From: Bacteroidales bacterium
GTDB taxonomy: Bacteria > Bacteroidota > Bacteroidia > Bacteroidales > UBA932
Reading direction: 5' to 3'
DNA: 64,000 bases
Assembly (NCBI GenBank): GCA_045601245.1
Contig: JAZRZH010000052.1
Location: forward strand, 48,975 to 112,974
Numbering within the stretch: the first letter of the stretch is position 1; each line of letters starts with the position of its first letter. The notes beneath the pieces were generated by a model. That model worked only from the letters and a program-made list of their open reading frames with translations. It was not told the DNA's origin and did not search any database. Made by a program: the position numbers and the translations under genes. Positions 54,698 through 63,546 of this stretch are shown here, piece after piece.

Positions 54698-56011
54698 CTT
54701 TTTCAATATCTGGTTGTTCATCCTTCCAGCCGATATACTCTTCATCGCCTTGCGTGTCCCTTCAAACTGCTTCAGCAGACGGTTAATATCTGCTATGGAT
54801 GTACCGCTGCCGGCAGCGATGCGCTTGCGGCGCGACCCGTTGATCTGTTCAGGATTCTGTCTCTCATACGGAGTCATTGAGAGAATGATTGCCTCGACAC
54901 CCTTGAAGGAGTCATTGTCTATATCCACATCCTTAAGAGCCTTGCCCACACCAGGTATCATAGATGCAAGATCCTTGATGTTGCCCATCTTCTTGATCTG
55001 CTGTATCTGCTTGTAGAAATCATCGAGGGTGAACTGGTCCTTTGCGATCTTTTTGTGAAGTTTGCGGGCCTCTTCCTCATCGAACTGCTCCTGAGCCTTC
55101 TCAACGAGGGAGACAACGTCACCCATACCGAGGATACGGTCAGCGATACGTGCAGGATAGAATATGTCGAGGGCCTCCATTTTCTCGCCCTGACTTATAA
55201 ATTTGATCGGTTTGCCTACGACGGCCTTAATGGAAAGGGCCGCACCACCGCGGGTGTCGCCGTCCATCTTCGTGAGAACCACTCCGTCGAAATCGAGGCG
55301 CTCGTTGAATATCTTCGCGGTCTCGACAGCATCCTGACCGGTCATCGCATCCACAACGAAGAGTGTCTCTGAAGGAGCCACAGCCTTGTGGAGTGCGGAA
55401 ATCTCGTCCATCAGTTCGTCATCGACAGCAAGACGGCCAGCGGTATCGATGATGACCACCTGGTAGTCCTCCCTCTTCGCGAGAGCTATTGCGTTCCGGG
55501 CAATTGAAATAGGGTCCTTGACTCCCTCCTCGCTGTAACAATTGACCTCCACCTGCGAACAGAGGGTCTTCAACTGTTCGACAGCGGCCGGACGGAATGT
55601 ATCACAGGCTGCGACGAGGACCTTCTTTCCCTTTTTTGTCTTGAGGTTGAGAGCGAGTTTGCCGCAGAATGTAGTCTTACCGGAACCGTTGAGACCGGCG
55701 ACCAGCACTATGCCCGGATTGCCCTTGATATTGATCTCCGATGCATCGCTTCCCATAAGGGCGGCAAGTTCGTCGTGGACAATCTTGACCATCATCTGCT
55801 CCGGACGGACAGCCTTGAGCACATCCTGTCCGATAGCCTTCTGCTTCACCTCGTCGCAGAAACTCTTCGCAACCTTATAACTCACATCTGCGTCAAGGAG
55901 TGCCTTGCGTACATCCTTGAGCGTCTCGGATATATTGACTTCCGTTATCTTGCCCTGCCCCTTGATGAGTTTAAAAGAACTCTCGAGGCGATCCATCAGA
56001 TTTTCAAACAT
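54683..56011 (-). CDS. ffh: Signal recognition particle protein Ffh
   Basis: 442 aa: GLNGSGKTTFCGKLA (G1), DTAGRL, TKMDGD, and a Met-rich M domain. Confidence 0.93.
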   Translation of the reverse strand: MFENLMDRLESSFKLIKGQGKITEVNISETLKDVRKALLDADVSYKVAKSFCDEVKQKAIGQDVLKAVRPEQMMVKIVHDELAALMGSDASEINIKGNPGIVLVAGLNGSGKTTFCGKLALNLKTKKGKKVLVAACDTFRPAAVEQLKTLCSQVEVNCYSEEGVKDPISIARNAIALAKREDYQVVIIDTAGRLAVDDELMDEISALHKAVAPSETLFVVDAMTGQDAVETAKIFNERLDFDGVVLTKMDGDTRGGAALSIKAVVGKPIKFISQGEKMEALDIFYPARIADRILGMGDVVSLVEKAQEQFDEEEARKLHKKIAKDQFTLDDFYKQIQQIKKMGNIKDLASMIPGVGKALKDVDIDNDSFKGVEAIILSMTPYERQNPEQINGSRRKRIAAGSGTSIADINRLLKQFEGTRKAMKSISAGRMNNQILKKKKRK

Positions 56012-56032
56012 TGTATCTCAGATTTGATTCTG

Positions 56033-56040
56033 CAAAAATA
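56033..56040 (-). promoter_or_regulatory. Candidate -7 promoter box TATTTTTG for ffh
   Basis: Plus strand reads CAAAAATA. It lies 21 nt upstream of the ATG at 56011. Confidence 0.45.
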
Positions 56041-56078
56041 GTAATTATCCTTTTTAATTAAACGCGCCGTCGCGGCAT

Positions 56079-56867
56079 CTACCACTCGAACAGCTCCGAA
56101 GGGTCGCGGCGCGGAAGATAATGCAGCGTCGTTCCCGCCGCCCCGACCTCATTCAGCACATCGGAAGCCGCGCGCATCGCGCGTGTGGGAGTGTTGTTGT
56201 TTTCGCTCAGGTGGCACAGATATATGTCCTTGAGCTCCGGATGCCAGCTGCGTCGCAGCAACGTGGCCATCTCATCGTTGGAAAGATGCCCGTGGCCCTG
56301 CATTATCCTCATTTTCAATTCCTGTGGATAGGAACCGGCAACCAGCATATCCACATCGTAGTTCGCCTCCACCACCAGATGATCGGCAAGAGACGCATAG
56401 CGCACGGCCGAATCAGTCGGAGCCCCAATATCGGTCATGAACGTAAATTTTTCACCGCAGAACTCGATATAATACCCCACGGTGTCCGCGGCATCGTGCG
56501 GCACCCTGAAAGGCGTCACCTTTACGTCGTCAATGGCATTCTCCTGCTCGGGAACAAGGGCGTGTGTGCATCCGCGCATATATCCGGCGGTACAGAAATG
56601 GGTCTCAAGCGCACGCAGGACCTCAGCTGTAGCGTACACCGGCTTTTTGAAGCGCTCAGTGAAGGTGCCGAGACTGCGGATATGGTCAAAATGGTCGTGG
56701 GAGACCAGAACGAAAGATATCTTCTCAATTCCGATGCCGTTCTGCAGCAGACGTTTCTTGATGCTTCGCCCGCCTATACCGACATCGATCAGAAAACCCT
56801 TTTCACCGTTACCTACGTAATAACAGTTGCCGTTACTTCCGCTTGAGAGACTGATAAAATGTACCAT
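56079..56867 (-). CDS. MBL-fold metallo-hydrolase (YycJ/WalJ-like)
   Basis: 262 aa with VSHDHFDH (HxHxDH) and a later conserved His/Asp pattern. Confidence 0.75.
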   Translation of the reverse strand: MVHFISLSSGSNGNCYYVGNGEKGFLIDVGIGGRSIKKRLLQNGIGIEKISFVLVSHDHFDHIRSLGTFTERFKKPVYATAEVLRALETHFCTAGYMRGCTHALVPEQENAIDDVKVTPFRVPHDAADTVGYYIEFCGEKFTFMTDIGAPTDSAVRYASLADHLVVEANYDVDMLVAGSYPQELKMRIMQGHGHLSNDEMATLLRRSWHPELKDIYLCHLSENNNTPTRAMRAASDVLNEVGAAGTTLHYLPRRDPSELFEW

Positions 56868-56872
56868 TCCCC

Positions 56873-57700
56873 TTAAAGCGTCTCGATGATTCTGGTAAAT
56901 ATCTTCGCCATCTTGTCTGATGCCTCATTGGCGATACGGACCACGTCCGCGCCGTCATTGAGCTTGTCGTTGCAGACAACCTTGTTGGCGACGTTCGTGA
57001 TGATCGAGATGCCGAATACCGGTATCTGGCTGTGGCGTGCAACAATCACCTCCGGAACGGTTGACATCCCGACAGCATCAGCGCCCGCCTTGTAGTAGAA
57101 GCGGATTTCGGCAGGAGTTTCGTATGTAGGACCGGTATTTGCAAGATAGACTCCCTTGCGGAGCGTAATGCCGAGCTCTTCGGCAGCCTTCTCCGCCTTT
57201 GCGATAAGGTCGCGGTCGTATGCGCAGGACATATCCGGGAAGCGGGTTCCGAACTCGTCCATATTGCCGCCGATCAGCGGGTTAGGCATAAGGTTGATAT
57301 GGTCCTCGATGACCATCAGGTCACCTATGCTGAAGTCCGGGTTGAGTCCGCCTGAAGCATTGGAAACGAAGAAATATTTGATGCCGAGAAGTTTCATCAC
57401 CCTTATCGGGAGCGTCACCTTATCCATATTGTATCCTTCGTAATAGTGGAAGCGGCCCTGCATCGCGCAGACCACCTTTCCACCCAGTCTTCCGAAAATG
57501 AAATTGCCCTTGTGGCCGATGGCCGTGGATTGTGCGAAATGCGGAATCGTGCTGTAAGAAATGATTTCTTCCGCATCGATGCTTTCTCCGAATTTGCCCA
57601 GACCGCTGCCCAAGACTATTCCAACCTCCGGCTGGAGGCCGTGAAGTTTCTCTTTGAGGAACTCAGCCGCCTCAATGACGTTTTGTGATCTTTCGTCCAT
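56873..57700 (-). CDS. Purine nucleoside phosphorylase, trimeric PNP/MTAP (NP-I) family
   Basis: 275 aa: [34 protein letters not shown]. Confidence 0.82.
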   Translation of the reverse strand: MDERSQNVIEAAEFLKEKLHGLQPEVGIVLGSGLGKFGESIDAEEIISYSTIPHFAQSTAIGHKGNFIFGRLGGKVVCAMQGRFHYYEGYNMDKVTLPIRVMKLLGIKYFFVSNASGGLNPDFSIGDLMVIEDHINLMPNPLIGGNMDEFGTRFPDMSCAYDRDLIAKAEKAAEELGITLRKGVYLANTGPTYETPAEIRFYYKAGADAVGMSTVPEVIVARHSQIPVFGISIITNVANKVVCNDKLNDGADVVRIANEASDKMAKIFTRIIETL

Positions 57701-57704
57701 ATTA

Positions 57705-58979
57705 TTATGCTTTTGATTTTTTCATAAGTTTCCAGGCCTGCTCGCCGGCCTTCTCCATAATCTCATCCTCGCCTGCGACCTTCCTGCCTTCCATAATGAT
57801 CCGTCCGTCGCAGATAACAGTGTCCACGCAGGAACTGTTGGCCGCGAACACGAAGTTGCTGAGGAAATCTATGTCAGGAACGAGTTCCGGAGTGCGCATA
57901 TTGATCAGTGAAATGTCAGCCAGAGCCCCCTCCTCTATCCTGCCGGCATTGATGCCGAGGGCGCGCGCGCCATTGACCGTAGCTACGTCCAGCAACTCGT
58001 TGAGCGGCATTGCCTGAGGGTCGTTACGCCACGCGTGCTGCAGCAGCGCCATAGTCTTCATACTCTCGCGCACGTCCTGGTTGTCGGAGGATGCGCAGCC
58101 GTCGGTGCCGATGCAGACATTCACGCTTGCGTCGCGCAACTCGTTGTATTTGAAACGGTAACCGGAGCTGAGCATGAGGTTGGAGTTGATATTGTGGACT
58201 ATGCTGGCGCCGCGGGAACCGAGTATCTCTATGTCCTCATCGGTCAGCCAGAGACCGTGCGCGCCAATGAAGTCGCTGTCAATGAGGCCCAGGTCGTCGA
58301 AATGGCGTACAGGAGTCTTGCCGTACTTTGCGATATCGTCGTTCACTTCATTTTCCGTCTCGGAAATGTGGACGTGCAACTTGGCACCCAGTTCCTTTGC
58401 TGTCCTGCCGGCCCACAGCATATTGTCCTCATTGACGGTATAATCAGCGTGAATGGCAATACCAAGGGTAATGCGATCGGACCATTCCTCCGACTGCTTG
58501 ACTATCTGCATACATTCCTTGCGCTGGGCAAGGCCCCTTTCGACATCGCCGCCGTCGAGCACCACGTAATTGAGCAGAGCCCTGGTGCCCATATCCTCCA
58601 CGGCCTCGCGGACCTGGGGCACGTGCCAGTACATATCGTTGAAACAGGTTGTGCCGCACTTGATCATCTCAAGTATTGCAAGTTTGCTGCCCCAGTAAAT
58701 GGCTTCAGGATCGAGATGGTCCTCTATGCCCCATATCATATTGAGCCAGGACTGAAGGGACAGCCCCTTGCCCACGCCGCGCATAAGAGTCATCGCTGCG
58801 TGTGTATGCGCATTTATCAGACCCGGGACAGCGCAGAAACCGCTGCAGTCAATCACCCTGTCTGCCGGACCCGCAGGCTCGGATACCGAAGTGACCGCCG
58901 CAATATGCTTGTCCCTGATCGAAATATTGACACGCCTGCCATCAATCAGCCTGGCATTATTCAACAAGATGGTGCTCAT
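57705..58979 (-). CDS. mtaD: Amidohydrolase of the MTA/SAH/adenosine-type deaminase family (MtaD-like)
   Basis: The ORF-track start 58991 is a TTG. The ATG at 58979 gives [14 protein letters not shown]. Metal-binding HxH is present in [15 protein letters not shown], plus HISE, GAHG and GTDG motifs. Confidence 0.7.
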   Translation of the reverse strand: MSTILLNNARLIDGRRVNISIRDKHIAAVTSVSEPAGPADRVIDCSGFCAVPGLINAHTHAAMTLMRGVGKGLSLQSWLNMIWGIEDHLDPEAIYWGSKLAILEMIKCGTTCFNDMYWHVPQVREAVEDMGTRALLNYVVLDGGDVERGLAQRKECMQIVKQSEEWSDRITLGIAIHADYTVNEDNMLWAGRTAKELGAKLHVHISETENEVNDDIAKYGKTPVRHFDDLGLIDSDFIGAHGLWLTDEDIEILGSRGASIVHNINSNLMLSSGYRFKYNELRDASVNVCIGTDGCASSDNQDVRESMKTMALLQHAWRNDPQAMPLNELLDVATVNGARALGINAGRIEEGALADISLINMRTPELVPDIDFLSNFVFAANSSCVDTVICDGRIIMEGRKVAGEDEIMEKAGEQAWKLMKKSKA

Positions 58980-59002
58980 AACTCTGCCCAATTAAAATTG
59001 GA

Positions 59003-59010
59003 CAAAGTTA
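59003..59010 (-). promoter_or_regulatory. Candidate -7 promoter box TAACTTTG for the deaminase-PNP-MBL gene string
   Basis: Plus strand reads CAAAGTTA. It lies 23 nt upstream of the ATG at 58979. Confidence 0.45.
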
Positions 59011-59042
59011 CATAATATCCCGTGAATTATCAACAAGCCGCT

Positions 59043-59783
59043 TCAACAGCCCCTGCCATACATCCGCCATACACCTGCCCGCCTATGTCTCACCGATACC
59101 GAGGCAACGTGATTGCCGCCAGAGCGGCGGCTCCTGATATCACGACGGATTGACGTTGGGAATGTCATAACTGATAATAACATGGCAAAAGTTGCGAGTC
59201 GTGACATCAAATTGGTAAATATGAGTGGTTTCCCTGTCACGAGCAGCAAATATCAACTAAAACTGTCGATTCGTGACAAAAGCCATCCCGCGGAGTTTGC
59301 GAGATGGCTTTGCGAAAATTATTATCGATTGGCTCCGCCGATGGCTGACGCACAGATTGCAACTGGCCCACTTGACGGACAGGCCGAGATCCACCGATGT
59401 GATATCCTTTGTCTTGAAAGACTTGACATTCCCATATTGGTACAAGCACGATGCATACCTTATGTATGCTTTATAGCAATATTCGGTATCCGAAGAGAGG
59501 GCTTTGAGGACAACCTCAAATTTTATTTGAATCCAGTTCAATACTCGCCTCTAAAATTCCGTTTTCGTTTGAGGGGTCAGGCTCGTGGAAAACAGAATGC
59601 CGAATCGGCATGCAGAACGAATGGATTCGCCCACGTTCAGATAACCATAGAGTATTACATAGTTTTCAGAAACCTAGGCAGAACCAGCTGTAACAACCTC
59701 GCCGGAAGATGCCGGCCAGTCAATCTGACAAGAAGGGAAAATTGCAGCCACTAATATAGAACGATAACTAGCGACCTTTTCAT
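59043..59783 (-). pseudogene. Decayed surface-lipoprotein gene (several frameshifts and in-frame stops)
   Basis: Hand translation from the ATG at 59783 gives MKRSLVIVLY*, then after a 1-nt frame slip LVAAIFPSCQIDWP (lipobox FPSC). Downstream fragments in other frames: ...RFGILFSTSLTPQT, LKALSSDTEYCYKAYIRYASCLYQYGNVKSFKT (FN3-like strand pattern) and VDLGLSVKWASCNL (a motif I recall from many Bacteroidales surface lipoproteins). No frame stays open. The region is more AT-rich than its flanks. The 3' limit is uncertain. Confidence 0.55.
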
Positions 59784-59804
59784 CTTTTTATCCAGTTACT
59801 CAAG

Positions 59805-59812
59805 CAAATGTA
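59805..59812 (-). promoter_or_regulatory. Candidate -7 promoter box TACATTTG retained upstream of the pseudogene
   Basis: Plus strand reads CAAATGTA. It lies 21 nt upstream of the ATG at 59783. Confidence 0.4.
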
Positions 59813-59899
59813 CGAATTATCCAATAATCATTACGTAAGCGAAAATATTATTCAGGAATAAACGTATCATAAGAAGTCCGGCAGGCGACGATGCCGAGC

Positions 59900-61015
59900 T
59901 TATTTCAGCGGCTTGCCGGCCTTGACCATTGCGAACGGCTGCTCGTTCCCGAGGAAGATCTGTTGGATGGCATCGGTGATGTTGTATGGATTGATACCGT
60001 TGATGAAGTACACCAGCGAGGTTTGAGTCTTCGGTATGAACATCGCCAGGCCCTTGAAGTTGCCGTTGTTGCCGAAATGGTAATACATCGTGCCGAACTG
60101 TTCACTGTCCTCGCGGCAGAGGCCGAGGGCCCTGTAGAACGATCCGCGTTCCGGAAAATCGGACGGCACAGGGTCGGCGTATGCGGCGAACATCATTTCG
60201 TAGGACTCCTCGCTCATACCCCAATGGCGCATCATCGCGCGGAAGAAAGCGGTGCATTCCGCAGCGTTCGTGGTCATCGAGAATGCAGCGTTCGGATGAT
60301 TGGTCTTCCATTTGTTCTTGGTAATCGTATCCTTTTTGTATCCGTTCACGTGAATATCCTCATATCCGCTCATCCACTGATAGTTGGTATTCTTCATACC
60401 GAGCGGGTCAAAGATATATTTTCTGGCAATCGGAGTCAGTGTCTCACCCTTGAGATATTCAATCGTGCGCTGGAGACAGTAGATACCGGGACCGGAATAG
60501 CCGTACTTAGTATCAGGAGCGCAGAGGAATTTCATATCCTTGTAGCCCTTGTTCGGCAGGCCAGTGCGGTGTATCATGCATAGACGCGGGGTAAGCACTT
60601 TCGCCATCTCCTTATCCGCATCAGTGGCAAAGAAATCCAGCAGCCCCGGATAATACTCGACGAGCGGACGGTCCAGTTCGAGGGTCCCCTCCTCTATCAT
60701 CTTTACGGCAATCCACGAAAGCGGGATCTTGCTTATCGAGCAGGCCTCGTAGACTGACTTGTCAGTGATTGGCTTATCCTCCTGCGGGAGAGTTGTCGCA
60801 GCGTAGAAACCCTTGTTGACCACGGTGAAACTCAAGCTGTCGTCAGGTGTCACATAGACCAGCTGAATCGAAGGGACATTCGCCCTTTTGATGATATCCA
60901 GCAGAGCGGACTCGTATGCCTTGTATTGTTTCTTCGATACTTTCGCCTCTGCAGGCCGGGCGGCACAGAGGACAAGCAGCGCGACGGCTGCAACGATTAA
61001 GAAAGGTTTCTTCAT
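59900..61015 (-). CDS. Serine hydrolase, beta-lactamase / penicillin-binding-protein-like family
   Basis: 371 aa with signal peptide MKKPFLIVAAVALLVLCAARPAEA and the SxxK motif in ACSISKIPL. Confidence 0.7.
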   Translation of the reverse strand: MKKPFLIVAAVALLVLCAARPAEAKVSKKQYKAYESALLDIIKRANVPSIQLVYVTPDDSLSFTVVNKGFYAATTLPQEDKPITDKSVYEACSISKIPLSWIAVKMIEEGTLELDRPLVEYYPGLLDFFATDADKEMAKVLTPRLCMIHRTGLPNKGYKDMKFLCAPDTKYGYSGPGIYCLQRTIEYLKGETLTPIARKYIFDPLGMKNTNYQWMSGYEDIHVNGYKKDTITKNKWKTNHPNAAFSMTTNAAECTAFFRAMMRHWGMSEESYEMMFAAYADPVPSDFPERGSFYRALGLCREDSEQFGTMYYHFGNNGNFKGLAMFIPKTQTSLVYFINGINPYNITDAIQQIFLGNEQPFAMVKAGKPLK

Positions 61016-61042
61016 TATTTAACTACATTTATATTCCTGGTA

Positions 61043-61951
61043 TCAGTCCGCAAGTCTCGCTACGCGGATGCCGTTGATGGTTTTGTGGGAGACGACATAG
61101 TCGGCAAGAGGCTTGCTGTTGACGATGACCTTACCGGCGCCGGACGAGGCATGGATGAAGGTCAGGACACCATTTTCGCGCAGGGCGAAGCCGACGTGGG
61201 CGATGTCAAGACCACCCACGATGGAATTGAAGCAGACGATGTCTCCACTCTTGATCTTTGATGCGCAGGATGCGATATCCTCCATGCCGATCAGGTAATA
61301 CTCCCTCGCGTTGAGACGCTGCTCGGCCGCCTTGATACCGTCCATCTGGCGCCGGGCCTCATCATCTCCGGACAGGACACCGGCGAGCTGCATATACGAT
61401 TGCGGATGCCTGGACATAAAGGAGAATCTCTGCGGATGCGGCTTGCCGCCGATGATGCCGGTAATCTCCTCGAGCCGGCCCATATTCTCCGCCTGGAGGA
61501 GCCATTCGGAAGTGTAATGCAGACGTGACGAATATCCGTCCACTATGCCGTCGCGATAGCGGAGCGACTGCAGGAATCCGCAGTAAGTCTCGAAGTCCGG
61601 CGTGGCGCTGCGGGCGGTGAGGGTCATTGCGACACACATCTCGACGAATAATATGCAGTCGGTCTCACGTGTGCTGACCCGCAGCATTTCGGGTTCTTTC
61701 TCCAGACTTCCGGCAACATAAGGAGTCCCGGCAAAATGCTTCGCGCACGCTATCACAATTTCAGCGGCAGGTTTGTCCTTCATCGGCACGAGAACCTTCA
61801 TCGCCGCCTCGAAATCATCGGCTGTCTGCTGTGAATAATCCACGTCGGACAGACGGACCTGAACGCCCTGCGCACACCCACCCGCGCACATCATAAGGCA
61901 GATGGTAAATGAAATCAATCGTCGCAGCATATCAATACTTTTCTGAAGCAT
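61043..61951 (-). CDS. DUF1460-like (N-acetylmuramoyl-L-alanine amidase-like domain) secreted protein
   Basis: 302 aa. RYRDGIVDGYSSRLHYTSEWLLQAENMG and DIAHVGFAL resemble DUF1460. The alternative start M8 at 61930 (MLRRLISFTICLMMCAGGCAQG) would remove the 20-nt overlap with the upstream gene. Confidence 0.5.
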   Translation of the reverse strand: MLQKSIDMLRRLISFTICLMMCAGGCAQGVQVRLSDVDYSQQTADDFEAAMKVLVPMKDKPAAEIVIACAKHFAGTPYVAGSLEKEPEMLRVSTRETDCILFVEMCVAMTLTARSATPDFETYCGFLQSLRYRDGIVDGYSSRLHYTSEWLLQAENMGRLEEITGIIGGKPHPQRFSFMSRHPQSYMQLAGVLSGDDEARRQMDGIKAAEQRLNAREYYLIGMEDIASCASKIKSGDIVCFNSIVGGLDIAHVGFALRENGVLTFIHASSGAGKVIVNSKPLADYVVSHKTINGIRVARLAD

Positions 61952-62408
61952 CGGTCACTTTCCAGCGGAGGCGCCATACGCCGTCATTGAAATCGTGGCT
62001 TATGATGCTGAAATGCCCTATCTCGGAAGTATTCGCGACGTGCGCGCCTATGCAGGCGCAGGCATCATAACCGCCTATGCGCACTATGCGGAGAGTGTCG
62101 GAAGCATCCGCAGGAAGTTTGCTAAGGTCCACGATGGCCGCAGCCTCGGACTTCGGCATAAAGTCTATGCTGATATCCAACCCGGCTGCTATCACTTCGT
62201 TGACCCTGGCCTCGATCTCAGCGACTTGCGCGTCGGACGGGCATTCTGAAAGGGAATAGTCGCATTTGGACTTCTTGCGTTCCACGTGCGCGTTGCGGCT
62301 GCGCGGGCAGCCGAACATCTTCACCATTGTGGCGTTGAGTATGTGCTCCGCGCTGTGCGCAGGCTCATATTCGGACTTATTGTGTACGTTGAGTACCGGT
62401 TCTTCCAT
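61932..62408 (-). CDS. AlaX-S-like alanyl-tRNA editing domain protein
   Basis: 158 aa with the zinc motifs HSAEH (HxxxH) and CACIGAHV (CxxxH) of the Thr/Ala-tRNA synthetase second additional domain. Confidence 0.75.
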   Translation of the reverse strand: MEEPVLNVHNKSEYEPAHSAEHILNATMVKMFGCPRSRNAHVERKKSKCDYSLSECPSDAQVAEIEARVNEVIAAGLDISIDFMPKSEAAAIVDLSKLPADASDTLRIVRIGGYDACACIGAHVANTSEIGHFSIISHDFNDGVWRLRWKVTDASEKY

Positions 62409-62412
62409 AATA

Positions 62413-62886
62413 TTAGAATCTGCTGAAAATATTGACGATATATGTACCTGAAGTCAGCTGTTCCCTGCTGCTGATGGTGTTCTGGTCGATAACCTTGAAA
62501 TAATAGGTCCTGCCGCGCTCATACTCGGGATCCTCGTCGGACAGGTACTGATTTTTCCTGTATTCCTCTTCGGTATAGATGGTGATTCCGGCGGGGTATT
62601 TCTCATAACGGAACGTATCGATCTCTTTCTTCGTCCCGTCCGGCGCAAGGATGAGAGTGCGGCCGAAGCCCTTATCCATGAATTCCATAAGGGTTTCAGG
62701 CTCCACCGCTTTGCTCTCGGTGACACCCGCGGTGAAATACTGCACCTCCGTCAGCCCCCATGCGCCGATGATATCGATTGTATTGCCCTGCGAATCGCGG
62801 TACAACTTCATCTTCTCCTTGTCGCAGGTCGATGCAGTCAGCATCACGACGGCGAGCACCGGTATAAGTCTCAGGAAACCCCTCAT
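62413..62886 (-). CDS. Hypothetical lipoprotein
   Basis: 157 aa. MRGFLRLIPVLAVVMLTASTCDKE is a signal peptide with Cys. No other motif recognised. Confidence 0.6.
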   Translation of the reverse strand: MRGFLRLIPVLAVVMLTASTCDKEKMKLYRDSQGNTIDIIGAWGLTEVQYFTAGVTESKAVEPETLMEFMDKGFGRTLILAPDGTKKEIDTFRYEKYPAGITIYTEEEYRKNQYLSDEDPEYERGRTYYFKVIDQNTISSREQLTSGTYIVNIFSRF

Positions 62887-62893
62887 AGAATCG

Positions 62894-63490
62894 TTATATC
62901 ACCTCGACCGTCTCTTCGATCGGACGGTATTCACTGTGCTTCGGTGACGGAGCGGCATCCTCGGCGGCATAGCCGAAAGGCATCAGGAGCACAGGATGAA
63001 TCGTTTCAGGAAGATTGAGCTCCCTGCAGAGTTCAACAGGATCGAAGCGACCGACCATACAGGTGCCTATTCCTATTTCTGCAGCCTGAAGCATCATATG
63101 GGTCAGGACTATGGTAGCATCTATGTCACCGTAATTGCCGTTCTCGCCGCGCTTGCAAACGGTATCGTCATTATAGCACATTATGAAGCACTGTGGCGCG
63201 CCGTACATACAAGGCGACACCTTGTTGAGCTTGGCCATCACCTCAGGGCTCTTTGCGACATAAATCTTCTGCGGCTGCGAATTGACCGCCGTAGGAGCCA
63301 CCCTGCCGGCTTCGATGATGAGATCTATCTTCTCCTGCTCCACAGGAGTATCAGAAAAATGGCGCACCGAATAGCGCTCGGTGGCGAGTGTGAGAAAATC
63401 TTTGTTCATAGGCTCTTCTGTCTGCTGGGTTTTGGAGCCGCACGCCGCAAGAGAAAGGAGCGTTGCGACAAGAATCAATGCTTTTTTCAT
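62894..63490 (-). CDS. Nitroreductase-family flavoprotein carrying a lipoprotein signal peptide
   Basis: 198 aa. MKKALILVATLLSLAACGS (lipobox LAAC) is followed by a nitroreductase core (ERYSVRHFSDTPV, APTAVNSQP, GIGTCMVG). A -7 box lies 22 nt upstream of the MKKAL start. Confidence 0.75.
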   Translation of the reverse strand: MKKALILVATLLSLAACGSKTQQTEEPMNKDFLTLATERYSVRHFSDTPVEQEKIDLIIEAGRVAPTAVNSQPQKIYVAKSPEVMAKLNKVSPCMYGAPQCFIMCYNDDTVCKRGENGNYGDIDATIVLTHMMLQAAEIGIGTCMVGRFDPVELCRELNLPETIHPVLLMPFGYAAEDAAPSPKHSEYRPIEETVEVI

Positions 63491-63512
63491 ATTCGTATAC
63501 TTAATGTTCCTA

Positions 63513-63520
63513 CAAAGTTA
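63513..63520 (-). promoter_or_regulatory. Candidate -7 promoter box TAACTTTG for the nitroreductase gene
   Basis: Plus strand reads CAAAGTTA. It lies 22 nt upstream of the ATG at 63490. Confidence 0.45.
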
Positions 63521-63528
63521 TACCTTTG
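63521..63528 (+). promoter_or_regulatory. Candidate -7 promoter box TACCTTTG for the EamA-like transporter gene
   Basis: It is directly back-to-back with the minus-strand box and lies 18 nt upstream of the ATG at 63547. Confidence 0.45.
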
Positions 63529-63546
63529 CGCCGCAAATCCAAAGCA

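Noticed and set aside
59113-59754. A 213-aa plus-strand ORF occupying the large gap between the deaminase and serine hydrolase genes.
   Set aside because: Its composition is junk-like (Cys/Arg/Phe-rich, no motif). No promoter box is suitably placed. The opposite strand carries recognisable fragments of a lipoprotein gene with its own promoter, so the region is better explained as a pseudogene.
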